Of a DNA stretch of 64,000 bases, positions 1-15,463 are shown one piece after another. The position numbers were made by a program, and so were the translations under genes. The notes under the pieces were generated by a model. That model made no database searches and was not told the DNA's origin. It saw only the letters and a list, made by a program, of their open reading frames with translations. The first letter of the stretch is position 1, and each line of letters begins with the position of its first letter. This stretch comes from the human T2T-CHM13v2.0 reference genome, Homo sapiens. The DNA lies in assembly GCF_009914755.1 (NCBI RefSeq), contig NC_060938.1; one strand, 5' to 3'.

Positions 1-635
<635 letters not shown>

Positions 636-1672
636 TTATTTTTTCTTTGTAATTGGACAGTGAGATGAGGGTTGTTCTGCACCCATGTATGGGGTTAATG
701 CTGGCTCCACTCACCGAGGCAGAGCATCTAGTAGGGGGAATGCACAGGAACCTGTAGCCTGTGCTGTGGTCCTAGGTTTGGAGACAATGTCAGTACCCTT
801 GGCATGATATTTGTAAGAAAAGGGAAAGGTTGGGAGAGAACGGTACCAAATGGGGGTAGGAAACTTTTTAGAATCACCAAAGATGAGCATTGTATATCTC
901 TAAGAGCTTTCAGTCTCTGACAGGCCAATACTTCTTTGAATCTACAAGCAGGAAAGGGAATTCCTTTTCAAATTAGAAACTCTGGGTTACAGGGAGCCTT
1001 GAAACTGTAGAGGAGAAATGCTACTGCCTGTCGGAGTAGAGCGGTGTGCTTGTGCTGGTCCCTCCCGCCCCTCCCCCAATGGCGTATCCTCTGTGGGCAT
1101 TAAGGTTCTCAGCACATCAAGATCTGGGAGAGGTAGAAGCTGGAGCCCCAGTGAGCAGCAGCCAGTAGCCAGCTTCCCAAGGGCACCCTACTTTTGCCTT
1201 CCTGTGGGAGGTCAAGGTGGCATATCATTTGCAGTGAGTGAACAATCTCAGTTATGCAGTTACGAAATTTAATTTTTAACTTTGTCAGTGATGGCAAGAG
1301 CAGGGTCTGACCCATTCATGTGCAGGAAGGACTTGTCTAGGAAGTGACCGGTCTAATCTCTTGCATGTGTTGGGAGCCTCTACTATCATGTTTTCAATGG
1401 AAGAACTGGTCCCCATGCCCCCATCACCCATCAGGTGCAAGGATGTGTGATAAGATGAGGGTGGATGGAGCACGCTTTGTGCTCAGAACACTGTCTCCAT
1501 TGTGCTCTCTGGGGACTCGCCTATCCCACTCTCTGCTCTGTCCTGCTCTTCAATGGCTGTTTTCTAGCTGAATGGCCACTGTGAGTCCTCTTCAGATTGG
1601 CTGGCATCATTTGCTTTGGAGTAAGCATGCAAGGTTTGGGTGCTCCCAGCTGGGCATCCGAGCTCCCTGTAG

Positions 1673-2149
<477 letters not shown>

Positions 2150-2189
2150 AAGGAACTGCTCTTCTTTTTTAGATAATCATCATCATCAA

Positions 2190-2440
2190 CAACACCACCA
2201 CTTTCTTAACCTATACACAAGGTGCCAGGCTGTTTTATATTTGCCTGACACATGTTAAGTTATTCAGTCCTCACTATAAGCACTGTTACATTCCCATTTT
2301 ATTGATGTGGAAACTGAACCACAGAGAAGCTGTGTAGCTTGCCCAGGGTCTCACAGTGTGCAAGTGGCAGAGTCAGTATTCAAACCCAAGTACCCTGGCT
2401 CCAGAGTTCTTGATCCTAACCATGATTCCACACTGCCCCT
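2190..2440 (-). mobile_element. MIR
   Basis: MIR core: cccattttattgatgtggaaactgaaccacagagaag...cttgcccagggtctcacag...agtggcagagtcagtattcaaaccca. Confidence 0.75.
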
Positions 2441-2593
2441 CTAAGAGACATTGCCATCTTTTAAAGTGATGTTGCCAGACTAGGGCATATTCAGGAGGGT
2501 GACTCAGGTGAGTAAAGTTGGGAAATGATGTCATGTGAGGAATATCCAATGGAGCCAGAGATAACAACCAAAGGATGGATAAAAAGATGACTA

Positions 2594-2970
<377 letters not shown>

Positions 2971-4863
2971 TTAAGTGTAGTCCCACAGAGCTGACCCAGG
3001 ATCACTGAGTACAGTATATAAAGAGTAGGATTCTGACTCGAAATAGGGAAGAACTTTTGACAAGTAGAGTAGCTCACAGACAGAATGTCTGACTCAAAGA
3101 GGACTTAACTTCCCATCCTGGAAAGTGGGCAATCAGAGACCAAGTGGATATCCATCAGCTGTGCCATGGGGATGGGAGGGAGTGTTCCTACATTGGGAAG
3201 GGGGTTCAATTGATCTCTGAGGAGGAAAACACCACTTTTTAGGATTTTATGAAACAAGAGCTAATGTCCAATCAGGTGGCTAGGCACACAGTAGGCCCAC
3301 AACAGACATTTACTCAGGAAACTTTCAGGCAGAGCCATTAAGACACACGTTTAGGGCTTTTGCCACTGCTCTGTGAGTGCACGTAACATGCTGGGAGGTG
3401 ACCCGGCAGGTCAGTCAACTAAACTCTTCTGCAAAATTGAAGGGATCAGAATTTTTTTTCATGTCAAAATAGGGAAGAATAATAGGAACTCAGGTGGGAG
3501 GTGTGAAGACAGAAAAGTTTTATTAAAAGTGAAGTCAGACAGGAGAACAAGGAAAGGCTCCACTCCTGCAGGCCACTTTTGTCTTCCCCACCAGCCAGCG
3601 TTCTCACAGTTCTCATCTGAGTAAATGCTCCTATTTATGAGGGACTTTCTTATTATGTACTTTTTAAACATAAAAATATATTTGATACTTAACCCCCAAG
3701 ATAGAAATAAAATTAAAGGAACAAGAGGTATCATATTTGCTGTTTACAAAACCTGGACCATTCTAGGCACCAGACAGAGGAACAGGAGTGAAGACAGTGA
3801 AGTTTCTTGGGTCCCCGGAGCCCTAACACTCGGGTGTTCCAAATGTCTTTATATGTCCTTTGTGGGGGATGCTGTTCAAACTTTTTGGAAAATACAAAAA
3901 ATATTCTTCACCATATAATTGGATTGGTGGTCTTAACACTGACAATTAGGTACTAGTTTATAAATCTCCTCCCTACTCTTCAGGAGCAAAAGTTCACCTT
4001 ACAGCAGGGTTGTGGAATTATGGACCTTCTGGATTAAAGAGGACCTCAGAGACATCTGGTTTATCTTCTTCCTCTACCTACCCCACTCCAATCCAGGGCT
4101 CACGCTCCACTTACAGTCTCTACCCAAGTAGTCTTCCACCTTCTGCTTAATTGCTCTCAGAGACAGGAAGCTTATTCTCACAATGAAAAAATCCATAGTG
4201 AATTTTGGGACAATTTTTTTGGAAAGTCCTCTTTACCTTGACTTGAGAGCTGTCTTCCTATAACTTCCAAGAGATGACTTCAGTTCTAGCTATGGGAATT
4301 ATAGAATCCACAGAAAGACTTGAAGATGAGCACCATTATATCCTTGTGAAATCTTCTCTTTCAGCCAACAATTTATTTCCCCTGGCAGAAATCCTTAGTT
4401 CTAGCACTCATTCCCATACCATAGGGATTTATATATCTTTCCATCTGGCCTCCTTCTTCTGAGTCTAATTTGCCAAGGCCCTTCTTATAGGGCCTTCCTT
4501 ATAGCATCCTTCCTCACATTGGACACAAGATTTCAGATGTGGTCATGAGCAGGCTGGGGAAGAACAAGGCCATCTCTTGTTCTAAACACACCACTCCTAA
4601 CTAATGCCATGTTGGCAGCCATATCACACCATCAACTCATAAAAAATGCAGTTGACAAAGACTCCCATATTTAGGAGGATTTGAAATTGAAGGATTAGCT
4701 TCCTTTCCTGCATCTCCTCTTAAATTCTGGCAGATGAGGTAAATACTCTTAAAGGAAAAATTCTTCATTCCCCAACAGGCAATCCTCCCTAGACTTGGCA
4801 TAAAGTGGGAGACAATGTCTACAGTCAATAAGAATAGCAGTGCTTTCAGGCTATGGCCTAGAT

Positions 4864-5072
4864 TAAGCTTGCCCATCCCATGGCCCGCAGGCCACATGCT
4901 GCCCAGGATCGCTTTGAATGAGGCCCAACACAAATTCGTAAACCTTCTTAAAACATTATGAGATTTTTTTTAAGCTCATCAGCTATTGTTAGTGTTAGTG
5001 TATTTTATATGTACCCCAAGACAGTTCTTCTTCCAGTGTGGCCCAGGGAAGCCAAAAGATTGGACACCCCTG
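4864..5072 (-). mobile_element. MER30 (hAT-Charlie non-autonomous DNA transposon)
   Basis: Ends ...gggaagccaaaagattggacacccctg, the reverse complement of the MER30 start; perfect 8-bp TSD gcctagat at 4856-4863 and 5073-5080. Confidence 0.9.
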
Positions 5073-5119
5073 GCCTAGATCCTCTGCAAAAGGTAGGGGA
5101 AAAGGATAAAATCAGCATG

Positions 5120-5330
5120 TGCTAAGCACATATCCTATATCTACACTGTTTTAGATGCTTTATATATCTTGTTTCATTTTGTCTTCTTAATAATCTTCAA
5201 GGTGGTACCATGAATCCTGTTTCATAGATAGGCTCAGAGAGGTTAAGTGACTTTGCTGAAGTCACACAGCTAGTAGTGGAGATGGTATTTACACTGAGGT
5301 CTTTTTGTCTCCAAAACCATGTTTTCCCTT
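5120..5330 (-). mobile_element. MIR
   Basis: aggctcagagaggttaagtgactttgctgaagtcacacagctagtagtggagatgg core. Confidence 0.75.
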
Positions 5331-5709
5331 CTACTCCTGTTGCTTCTCAGCCAAACCTGACTAAAGATGAGGAGAAGATGTGTGCGATAACCTATTCCAA
5401 ACTGAGGAAAGGACAGCTCATGCTAGACAGACCAAAAGAATTACACCATCCCTTCCTTCTCTCCCCCTTAACCACTTCTCACTGCAGTCAAACTCTTGTC
5501 CATGTGTGAAATCACCCAGAAGATTTAATACTGCAGTCACTAGATTCATGCATTAAAATACCATGTCATTAAAACATTGGGAATATAAAAGCTTTGGAAA
5601 CAAATAGGGTCACAAGGCCCCTTGTTCCCAAACTCTCACGTAGAAAACTACTTGTTTCTTGAGTATTTCATGATAAATGCCAGAAAGAGGGTGGGATGCT
5701 CCTTTGACA

Positions 5710-5870
5710 CAGTGGCTCATGAAGTGTGGTCCCTGGACCCAGCGGCAAGAGCATTGCCAGAGAACCTGTTAGAAATGCAAATGCTCCAGATGACTCCAGA
5801 CTCAATGAATGCAGAAGCTCTGTGGGTGAGGCCCAGCAATGTTTTCATAAGCCCTCCAGATGACTCTCAT
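5710..5870 (+). mobile_element. MER5A-like hAT-Charlie element
   Basis: aagtgtggtccctggacc...tgttagaaatgcaaat...gaagctctgtgggtgaggcccagcaatgtttt...aagccctccagatgactct. Confidence 0.75.
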
Positions 5871-6738
5871 CCATACCCAATAAACAATCTTCTCCCTCAG
5901 ATTCTGATGGAGAGAGATGTTCTTGGGGGTGGGGACATAAGTGGCCATCTCAGGTGATCAGTCTTCCAGCCAGAGCCCATGGCACCCATGGAAAACCACA
6001 ACTGCTCAGACATCCTACAGGGAATGCAGCCAAAAGGAAAACAGAGCAGCTGAAAATACTGCTCTGACATGAAGCCATCAGTAGGACCAACAGCAAGATG
6101 TTTAAATTTCACTGTGCATTAGCTTAATCCAAAAACCCTGCTATCCGATTTGGAGTAATGGGCAGGTTAAAAAGAAAAAACAGTCTCATACTCTCACTGC
6201 CAAAAGAGAGTTAGAAAAATACTCACATTCTTTTTACTTGTAGTTTAACCTTTTTCCACTAGGAAATGTTCATATACATGACAGCAGTCCTTTCATTACA
6301 TGTTTTGTAGCTGCTACCAGGCATGCTGAATCAAGCCTGTCCCATTGCATATGGTTCATGATTTCTATTTTGCAAAAGAAGCACAAAGAGACAGATGGGG
6401 AGAAATGAAGCCACAGGGTGAGAAGGCACTGTGCCTTCCATGGGATCCCAGTTGTCCTTGAAGTTCTGAGGCAATTCAGGATGGATTTCTTAGCAAATAC
6501 ATAGCTTGACAAAGCATTACAAAAAGAGAGGAGGGGTTGTCATCGGAAGGAAATTATTTCAAGCATAGTGAACTGAGAGCCTGATATCTAGACTGCAAAA
6601 AAGTAGGATGGGACAAAGTGAAAAAATACAGCAAGGCCTTGTAATTCATTATACTGCTTTTTCCCTTGACCCCAAGCACATTTCAGAGAACACTTGTCCT
6701 GTCCAATGCTCCCTGTGTAAAAGTTAGGGGAGGGTCCC

Positions 6739-7170
6739 TGCATTTGTCCATTCTTGCGTTGCTATAAAGAAATACTGGAGACTGGGTAATTTATAAAGAA
6801 AAGGGGTTTAATTGGCTCACAGTTCTGCAGGCTGTACAGGAAGCATGATGCTGGCATCTACTCCGCTTCTGGAAAGGCCTCAGGAAACTTACAATCATGG
6901 CGGAAGGGGAAGGGGAAGCAGGCAAATCACATGGCCAGAGCAGGAGCAGGAGCAGGAACAGGAGAGAGGGAGGGGAGGTGCCACACACTTTTAAACGACC
7001 AGATCTCACAAGAACTCACCCGCTGTCGTGAAAACCAAGGAGATGGTGCTAAACATTCATGAGAAACCCAGCCCGATGGTCCAGTCACCTCCCAACAGGC
7101 CCCACCTCCCACGCTGGGGATTACATTTCAACATGAGATTTGGATGGGGACATGCATCCAAACTGTATCA
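6739..7170 (-). mobile_element. Solo MaLR LTR (MST family, MSTB-like)
   Basis: TG...CA termini, typical MST text (ttgctataaagaaatac...gagactgggtaatttataaagaaaag), exact 5-bp TSD gtccc at 6734-6738 and 7171-7175. Confidence 0.9.
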
Positions 7171-8517
7171 GTCCCCTAGTTTAATAAGTTTAGGAATTGC
7201 TGCAAATGGTATCTTCCTCTTAGGGATAAATCATTAATTGATGTAAAGCTAGGAGAAGTTCTGCAGTAAAGAAATCTTTTAACTTTGTTTAACCCAATAT
7301 TTCCAAAGTTATTTGGCCAGAGGACACCTTTATCCCTCATTATTTCTATTCACACCTCACAGAACACAAGCTGCATTCATTCATCAGTGTATCAAATTGG
7401 AGAGAACAGCAGCCTCACATTTCTGGAGAAAAGAGAAGAAAGTGGGCACCTGCAGAGAGACTGGTTTCCTCTCTGGTTTCCTAGGAAAGCAAGGGTGATT
7501 GGTAGGAGAGTGAAAGAAGAAGCAACAAAGAAGCGAGTCTGGGAGGTGAGGCCTCACCCCTGCCATAGAAACCACCAGAGAACATCCCAGGGGAAGCAGG
7601 GCAGCCCGCAGCAGGTGGAGGCGCCAATGCTACTCCAGAAAAGGCCTCTCATTGAAACGGGAGCAGAAGACTCTCTTCCAGCTGCTTCCCTGGTGGGCAT
7701 ATTTACATGACCCCAAAGAGTTCTATTTTCCAGAAAATTACAAGGCTCAAAGAGACTCAGTCGCTTCCTGTCTCTTCCTCCTTCCTTGAGGTCTGAGAGC
7801 TTTCCATCTGCCGGGACAAGGTACTGGGAGCCAACTACTACTCTGTCTCTGGGCCTCAGTTTCCTCATTTTTGAAGTGTTTGGGTTAGATTGGTGACCTC
7901 TAAGGCTTTTTCCAGTCCATCAGTTCTGAAATTTTATGATTGCTTGGATATTGGGATTCCAATGTCCTGTGCTGTTATTAACTAGCTTTGAACAAATAAC
8001 TTCTGCTCTCTGTACCTCTCCTATAAAAGATTTGCACACAGGGTGGCTTTGAGGCCCAAGTGAGATAATGCATAGACCTTTGATGGTGACTGAGAAGCCA
8101 TCATGAAAGTGGAAGGTGGTATTTTTTGCGTTGGACATGGCACCTGCGGGTGATAGTTGTCTATATGTGTTGTTCATCTGTCGGCCCCATTTCTCTCTTT
8201 GCTTTCTTCCCCTTTGCTCCCTGACTTGCTTTACCCCCAGGAGCTGAGGTTTCTCTGCTCATCGGTTGCTCACCTGCCTTGTTGGGAGTGGTAGCCTGCC
8301 ACATCCTTCCAGGTGTTCAGAATTTGGGCTAATGTTGAAGATTAGCAGGATTAAAATAATTCAGATCTGTCTTTATCTGGATGGGGGTTGGCCTGAAATA
8401 TACCACTAGGCTGTTTATGTAAAGGGCTTCTTGCCAAAAATATTAAAGTGTATGAGGCAGAGATGAAACTTACTTATCTAGGAACACACTGCCTTAAAGG
8501 ACCTTTGAGACCCCTAG

Positions 8518-8815
<298 letters not shown>

Positions 8816-9479
8816 CCGCTCCCCCTGGTTACATTCTACAGTACAGTTGCAATATAAGCAGAAGGTAACCTCACTTAGGTTGATGAGTAAACACTTTTTG
8901 TCCCTTAAGGAGGAGCCATCTGTTGACACTTCAGCCTTCCTAGGATGCTTCGGAGTGGGATAGGAGCAGATTTCACTGTTTGTATCTGTACCTTTTGGGC
9001 CAGAACAACCATGAGTTTTGAGAACTGCACAGGGAGATATTTGAAATAGCCAATTGCCTCATGGATCCTCTTGGCCCTGGGTTTTCTGAGATTAAGTCTA
9101 AAAGTTGACCAACTTGAGGCTCTTAGGGAAAAAGGAAGGGTATTACTTATTAATTTAAAAGGATAAATCTGCAAGGGAGGAAGCTAAGCCAGGTAGAGTT
9201 TACATCTTGATCATGTATATAGAAACCATCAATTCAAAGAATTTACACCCTGATCGCTTTTCTGCAAGAAACGTTTCTCTCCTCTGCTGGCAATAGAACT
9301 ATTTCTATGTGAAAACAAACATCTCCTTCTTCCACCCAAACCTTTGCAAACGTTTTGCTGACTTTAGACTGCCACTTCCCCTCAGGCTGCTCAGAATAGG
9401 ATGTTCTTTTGTCCTCATCAGATAATCTGGCTCTGGCATTTTTGAGTGTACAGATAGTTTGCTAAAATATAACACAATG

Positions 9480-9720
9480 ATAATAAAAATAAATAGCTGA
9501 AAGTTAACTGGGCACTTACCCTGTGAGCTAAGTGTTTTATTTACATTATCAAATTGAATTCTCTTAACAACTAAGATAAGTATTATTGTCATGATTATCT
9601 TCCCTTTTTAAAAAGATACAGACAGACCGAGGCTTAGTGTGATTGAAAAGCTTTTCAAGGCTGCAGAAGGAGTTAAGTGGCGGAGCTGGGAGGTGCTGGA
9701 AGGCCGGCTGCAGACTGTCT
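9480..9720 (-). mobile_element. MIR
   Basis: ttaactgggcacttaccctgtg...cccttttta...accgaggcttagtgtgattgaaaag...aagtggcggagctggg. Confidence 0.6.
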
Positions 9721-11579
9721 CCATGTAACTTCTTTTTCTGCAAGAAGTCACCTTGAAAACTCCCTAGACAACTTAGAAACAACCTCTCATTGTGGAATCA
9801 TGGGCTGATTCACTCGGGGCTCCTTCAGCTAAGAGCTTGTGCTCGGCCACTTCCCTCAGCTCCTGGATCTGAGACCTTGCTCGGGTCTTCTGTGCCACCC
9901 TTTGCCCATGGCTGTCCCCACACCTGCGGCACACCTGGGGTAGGTGTGCCATTATTGTATACCCCCGCCCTCACAGGCACATGGCAACAATTCCTCATTT
10001 GATTTCAGTTTTATAGGACTTGGAAGGAGCTCCCAGCCTGGGATTTTGTAATCTGGGCTCTCTACTTTGGAGCCTGGACTGAGAAAAATGCTGAGGGCTC
10101 TGGGGAGAAAGGAGCTGTGTTTGGGCCTCTGGGCCAGCCGGGAGCTGGGAGACAGTGTTCATGTGCCCACTGGGATACAATGGGCACACTCAGTGAGAAT
10201 GTGGCCCTTGGGACCCTCTGAGCCCACAGGTCAGATTATATCCCCAGAAACAAAGCTTTGGGCTTAGCCTCTTACTCATGAATTTGCTTCTGTCCCCACT
10301 AGCCTTTGCTGGCACTCTGTGCATGCTTGAGAGGAGGCAGCTTTTGAACCAGCCCGTTCTCTGCAGCCTGCTTAACTGCAGTGCCTGGCTCCCGCAGCAC
10401 AGCACTGGGCCAGAGACACAGCCTCGGGCGATGGACTTGAGGGCACAGTCCTCATGGAGACAGAGGCCTACCTTGGCCATGGGAGTCAAGGGCCCTGGGA
10501 GTGAGTCAGCGTGGCCATTCAGCTCCTGGGACATGTTTCCCCAGAGGTGATTATTGACCAAGGAGGAGAGAGCAGCCTGCCAGGCTCCATTAAATTGCTG
10601 CCACTGGCAAGGAACTGTCTTTAGGAAATATCCCCTCTAGGGTGGATGGAGTCTGAAGGGATCAACTCCACATTTCCAGCAGCATTTCCCACCCAAGTCT
10701 GTGGAGGTTACTAGAGGAGATCTGGCCCTGGAAAAGGCCAGCTTGCCAGGCATTTCTGGCATCGCTGAGAACAATTCTCACCACCGCCACTCCATATCCA
10801 GCCTTCGCTGGGTGCCAGACAATGGACTTCCTTACCTTCAGGTTTCACGTTGTTATCCCCATTTTATAGATGGGCTCAAAGAGCTGAGCGATGTATCTAG
10901 TTCATAACTGGCTGGACCAGGATTCAAATCCACGTCTATCTGGATTTTTTTCCATTCCACCATTAAGGCTCCTCAGAAAGTAGTGTTGACGTGACCCCAA
11001 GATATTGCTCTTGGATGAACATTTGGGGTAGCAACCATGGCCATGAGATGAAGTGGGTGTGGGACATGGTACTGGGGTAAAGGCATTGACCAGAAGACCC
11101 GAGCAGGGTCTCAGATGCAGGAGCTGCGGGAAATGCCTCATTTAGACAGCATGCACCTTCGTGGTAGGAACAAGGTTCCCCCTATCTTGTCTTATCCTTG
11201 ATTTCTGTCGATAGGTCCATAGCGAAACAACTTGTCTTGGGGAAAATGACGGTGTTTGGTGTCCACACGAGAGCAGAAGCCTTTCTACAGCTTTTCTGCC
11301 TTTGTGATAACTTTTGGATTTCACCAAGGCTGTCAGATGTCTCCTCTCACTGCTCCCTTCCATCCCTTACCACTCAATTTGTGTGCTATTACTGTCTAGC
11401 CTTGATTTCAATATGTCCTTGATTTCAAGAAGCACATTTTCTTCACACCTTAATATCTTTGCAGTTGGCACATGTCTTGTAATTGAGATCTACATTTAAT
11501 GTAGTGGGGTTGTTTAAATTGACATTGCATTTTTATAATTGATGGAGACCAAGAATTGAGAAAATAGGATAATGGATGC

Positions 11580-12165
11580 CTTTATTCAACCCATCAATCA
11601 CCTACAATGAATGTCAGGCATTATGTTAGATTCTGGGAATGTAGAAATAACTAGCATGCAGTCCCTGAGGTCACGATCTTGAGAGGGGGGAGTGGACTGG
11701 ATGAATCAACAGCTAGAGCTCACAGTGATAAGGGCTGTGATTTTGGGGGCCCCAGGGTGTGTGGGAGGATCAGAGGAAGGAGGCAGGGGAGGCTGGGACT
11801 GCTTTGAGGAGGTGTATCACAAAGGAGGAGGGGAATACGAGGGATTAGGAGTGGATGGGAGATGGGTTGGGGAAGGGCATTCCAGACAAATGGAATGGTT
11901 GGAGCAAACAAAGGCTCAGAATCAGGAGAAACTAAAATGTGTTTGGGAGCATCAGAGGGTTCTGTGGCCAGAGTGGAGGGTGTGTGCTGGGACATGGGCA
12001 TGAAATGAGGCTACGGAAATAGATGGAGGCAGATCACAGAGGACCTTGTGCATACCAATGAGTTTCATCTCTATCCTAGATCCCAACGCGAATCACTGAA
12101 GGATTCTAAGCAGGGAAGTAGGCCTTAATGTGTGTTTAGGAACTCCAGATTGAAAGCAGGATAGT
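11580..12165 (-). mobile_element. L2 fragment
   Basis: Purine-rich L2 antisense text (agggcattccagacaaa...aaaggc; aatgaggct...ggcagatcacagaggaccttg; actgaaggattctaagcaggg). Confidence 0.65.
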
Positions 12166-12559
12166 GGGGTGGGGCGGGAGGTGGTGGGTAGGGTGACAGC
12201 TACTGGAAGAGAAAGAAGAGCTACCCTGAAGGATGAAAAAAGCCTCATTCCTTTTTGCTATTCCCAGGCAGGCAGACCTGATCTTGGAGGCTTGAGGAAG
12301 ATCACACAGTGGTGCAGCAGGGCATCTAGAAATAAAACCTGCAGGTTTTACCCTTGCCTTAATCCCGTCATGTGTGCCCTCATCTCAAGACAGTCACAAG
12401 ATCAATAGGCAAGCTGATCTATGAATGGATGCTAGGAGAAGCTAGACAAAGAAGAAAAGCTTACCACTTGTCTCTGCTTGTTAAAGAAATGTCATTTCAA
12501 TCTGCAGTGGTGTCATTCCAACTTGTACTTGCCAAATTAGTTCAAGGATTAGAATTTTT

Positions 12560-12864
<305 letters not shown>

Positions 12865-13212
12865 TTACAGTTGGATGGGAGCGTATGCCAGTGCTAGAGA
12901 AAACAAATGTACAGGTATTGGTGAGAACCATCTCAGGAAAAACACAGTATAATACAGGTATTAAGTGTGAAGAGGAATAAGAGAGAAGCAGGTAAAATGC
13001 TGTGGTTTGCGTGGGAGTCCCACAGCAACCATGTACCCAGTGCTGTTCACTGACTGGACCACCCATGAGAGACACTCTGGAGACAGATGTGGGGATGAGA
13101 GGTGGAAGATGCTCTTTCACCGTATGGGTGATGCTTTGAAAGGGGTTGGAGATGAGTCTTGATATTGTGACCGAGACTTATGGTTTTCTTCCCTTTTCAC
13201 TTCCCTGAACAG

Positions 13213-13312
13213 GTGCAGTGCCATACTTACACTGGGTACTGCTGGTGTGTCACCCCGGATGGGAAGCCCATCAGTGGCTCTTCTGTGCAGAATAAAACTC
13301 CTGTATGTTCAG
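13213..13312 (+). CDS. SMOC1: SMOC1 coding exon (exon 4): C-terminal half of thyroglobulin type-1 domain 1, VQCHTYTGYCWCVTPDGKPISGSSVQNKTPVCS(G)
   Basis: Polypyrimidine tract then aacag| acceptor; QC..GYCWCV motif; donor cag|gtaccg; 100 nt, phase 0 to 1. Confidence 0.97.
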
Positions 13313-13849
13313 GTACCGTAGGGAGGGGCGGGAAGAATGAAAAGGGTTGGAGAGAGACCCGTTGGTTGGTCTCCTGCATCTTGTGGGAGAACCTTTAGAA
13401 GGTTGATGGTGGTGATGAACCTTTTTCTAGATCAGGGAGGATTCTACTCTAACATGCTTGCTCGGAAGTCAGCAAATGATAAGGCATGACAGTGTATGCC
13501 ATGTGTGTGTATTTATGGATTTTGAGTTTAGATTTTTGGTTCAATGCTCTCCTTCTAAGCACTGGCTGTAATCTCATAGAGCTGTGGTGGCATATGAGTT
13601 ACTAGCTTTTGTGCTGATTCTGATTGCTAGTGGCTCTTGAAGTGCTTTATTGAGTTGGATTTTGAGACCACCTGGGAGCTCAGCATCCAAGGCTGTAGTT
13701 ATCTATTAGTGATGTCTATCATGGGATCAGGAGAGAAGAATGGTGGCTTCTGTGTCATATACTCACCACCCCTGAAGAATGTAATGTAGAGAAATGGAAA
13801 ATTTTCGTAACAGTGGCCCTTAAATCTGACTGATCAACAGCAATGTCTG

Positions 13850-13990
13850 GGAAATTAAAGAGAACCCAGATATCGAGGCTTCCTCTTGTATATTCTGATC
13901 CAGGAGGCCTGGAGGGAGACCTGAGGTCTTTGTTTTTATGAAGTCTCTCAGGTGATTCTGATGATTAGACAAGTTAGCAAACTATTGCTT
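13850..13990 (+). mobile_element. MER5-like fragment
   Basis: ...gtttttatgaagtctctcaggtgattctgatgattagacaagttagcaaactattg resembles the MER5 end. Confidence 0.5.
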
Positions 13991-15415
13991 TATAGTGATC
14001 CATTGGGTTAGGCCATAGCAAAAATTAAGTCCTTTCTATTCCCAACTTAATAAACATAGAGAAATTGTGCTTTTTAGGTCCATTTCATGGGATTGTGGAT
14101 TAGGGATTTTTACAAGCCCCACAGTGTCCACCTCCATTCAGATGGTAAAAGACTCTGAGTCGCTCCCTTAATTCACTATGTGGCTCAGCTCTCTCAAAAA
14201 AGCCTGTCTCACCCATCAGCTGATTCATATTTCTTCATATCTGTGTGCATAGGGTTTTATTGATTTACATATTTTTCATTTTAAGTGCAAAGTATAAAAC
14301 ATTATGCTAAAACCGATGGGAAATTCCAAAGGCTGACAGTCTTGCTATCATAGCTTTTTCTACTTGCTCTGTTACATGAAGGAAAAAGAAAGTGGAAAGG
14401 GCTATAAGAATCTACATCAGGAAACCCAAATTTACAGGTCAAAAAGGGAAGTTTACTTTATTTGTGGTTTACATGGAAACTAGAAACCTTAATTGGGGTT
14501 GGGGTAGGGAGGTACAGGAATTAGCCCTCCTTTCAAATGACCTGGAAAGTTTCATTTAAAGCAAACAAACGACTAGAAACAAGCCATGCAGGATAATATG
14601 TTTGAGTTCTCACACAACTGGTATATGGAGAAGGAGTATGACATGGATTAGGGAAATAGAGATTCTTTTCTTTTGGCGGGACTCCACAGATGCCCTTCTG
14701 TGCATGGGCTGGTTGTACCCTGCCTGTGTGAGGCTGGACCTCAGCAGAAGACAGGTGCCACAGGGTCAGGACTGGAGGAGGGGATGCACAGAGCACCCTA
14801 GTATATGCAGGGCAAATGCTTGGGCAAACATACCTGCTACCCGCTCCTGGAGGAACAGGCTGTGCTTAGAAAATTGTTTCCATGCCTTAGACTATTTTGG
14901 CCCATTCAGTACAATTGGGCCAACAATTTTCTACTTAATGCAGATGGAGAATCGCTGATTTCCTGTCCTAACCAGCAAGGGATGTCAATCATTGCCTTTG
15001 CAGTAAAAGGGAGTTTCTTTTCAGTTGGCCTTGCTGACTGAATATGGCTCCAAACATGGAACTGGTGAGAAGTTGGGGAGATGGGGGTGTAAAGGTGAGG
15101 GGCAGATATTGGAATATTCAACTAGGGAGTTATATGAGTGTGGAATTTTGTAAAAATGTGGTCAAGACTGTTTCCAGGGAACCTAGAAATCATAGTTCAT
15201 CTTAACAGTGCTGGGTTATCAGTGACATTGATGTTAAACAAACCCCACTCAACATGTGTATATGTACTAACATTGTATATAATATCCTTAGATGTGTATA
15301 CAATACATATATACATGACCATATGCTCATAACATCAGGTTTTGCCAACTCTTAGAAAGAAACCAACCACAATGCATTCTGAGTGGCTATGTTTTTGTTT
15401 CCCTTCTCACCCAAG

Positions 15416-15463
15416 GTTCAGTCACCGACAAGCCCTTGAGCCAGGGTAACTCAGGAAGGAAAG
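15416..15463 (+). CDS. SMOC1: SMOC1 coding exon (exon 5): (G)SVTDKPLSQGNSGRK(D)
   Basis: tttttgtttcccttctcacccaag| acceptor; donor aag|gtgagt; 48 nt, phase 1-1; continues the frame of the previous exon. Confidence 0.95.

Noticed and set aside
4476-4497. 8-bp hairpin aaggccct/agggcctt, and a similar one at about 36388-36406
   Set aside because: Stems this short are expected by chance in 64 kb; no pre-miRNA-length structure.
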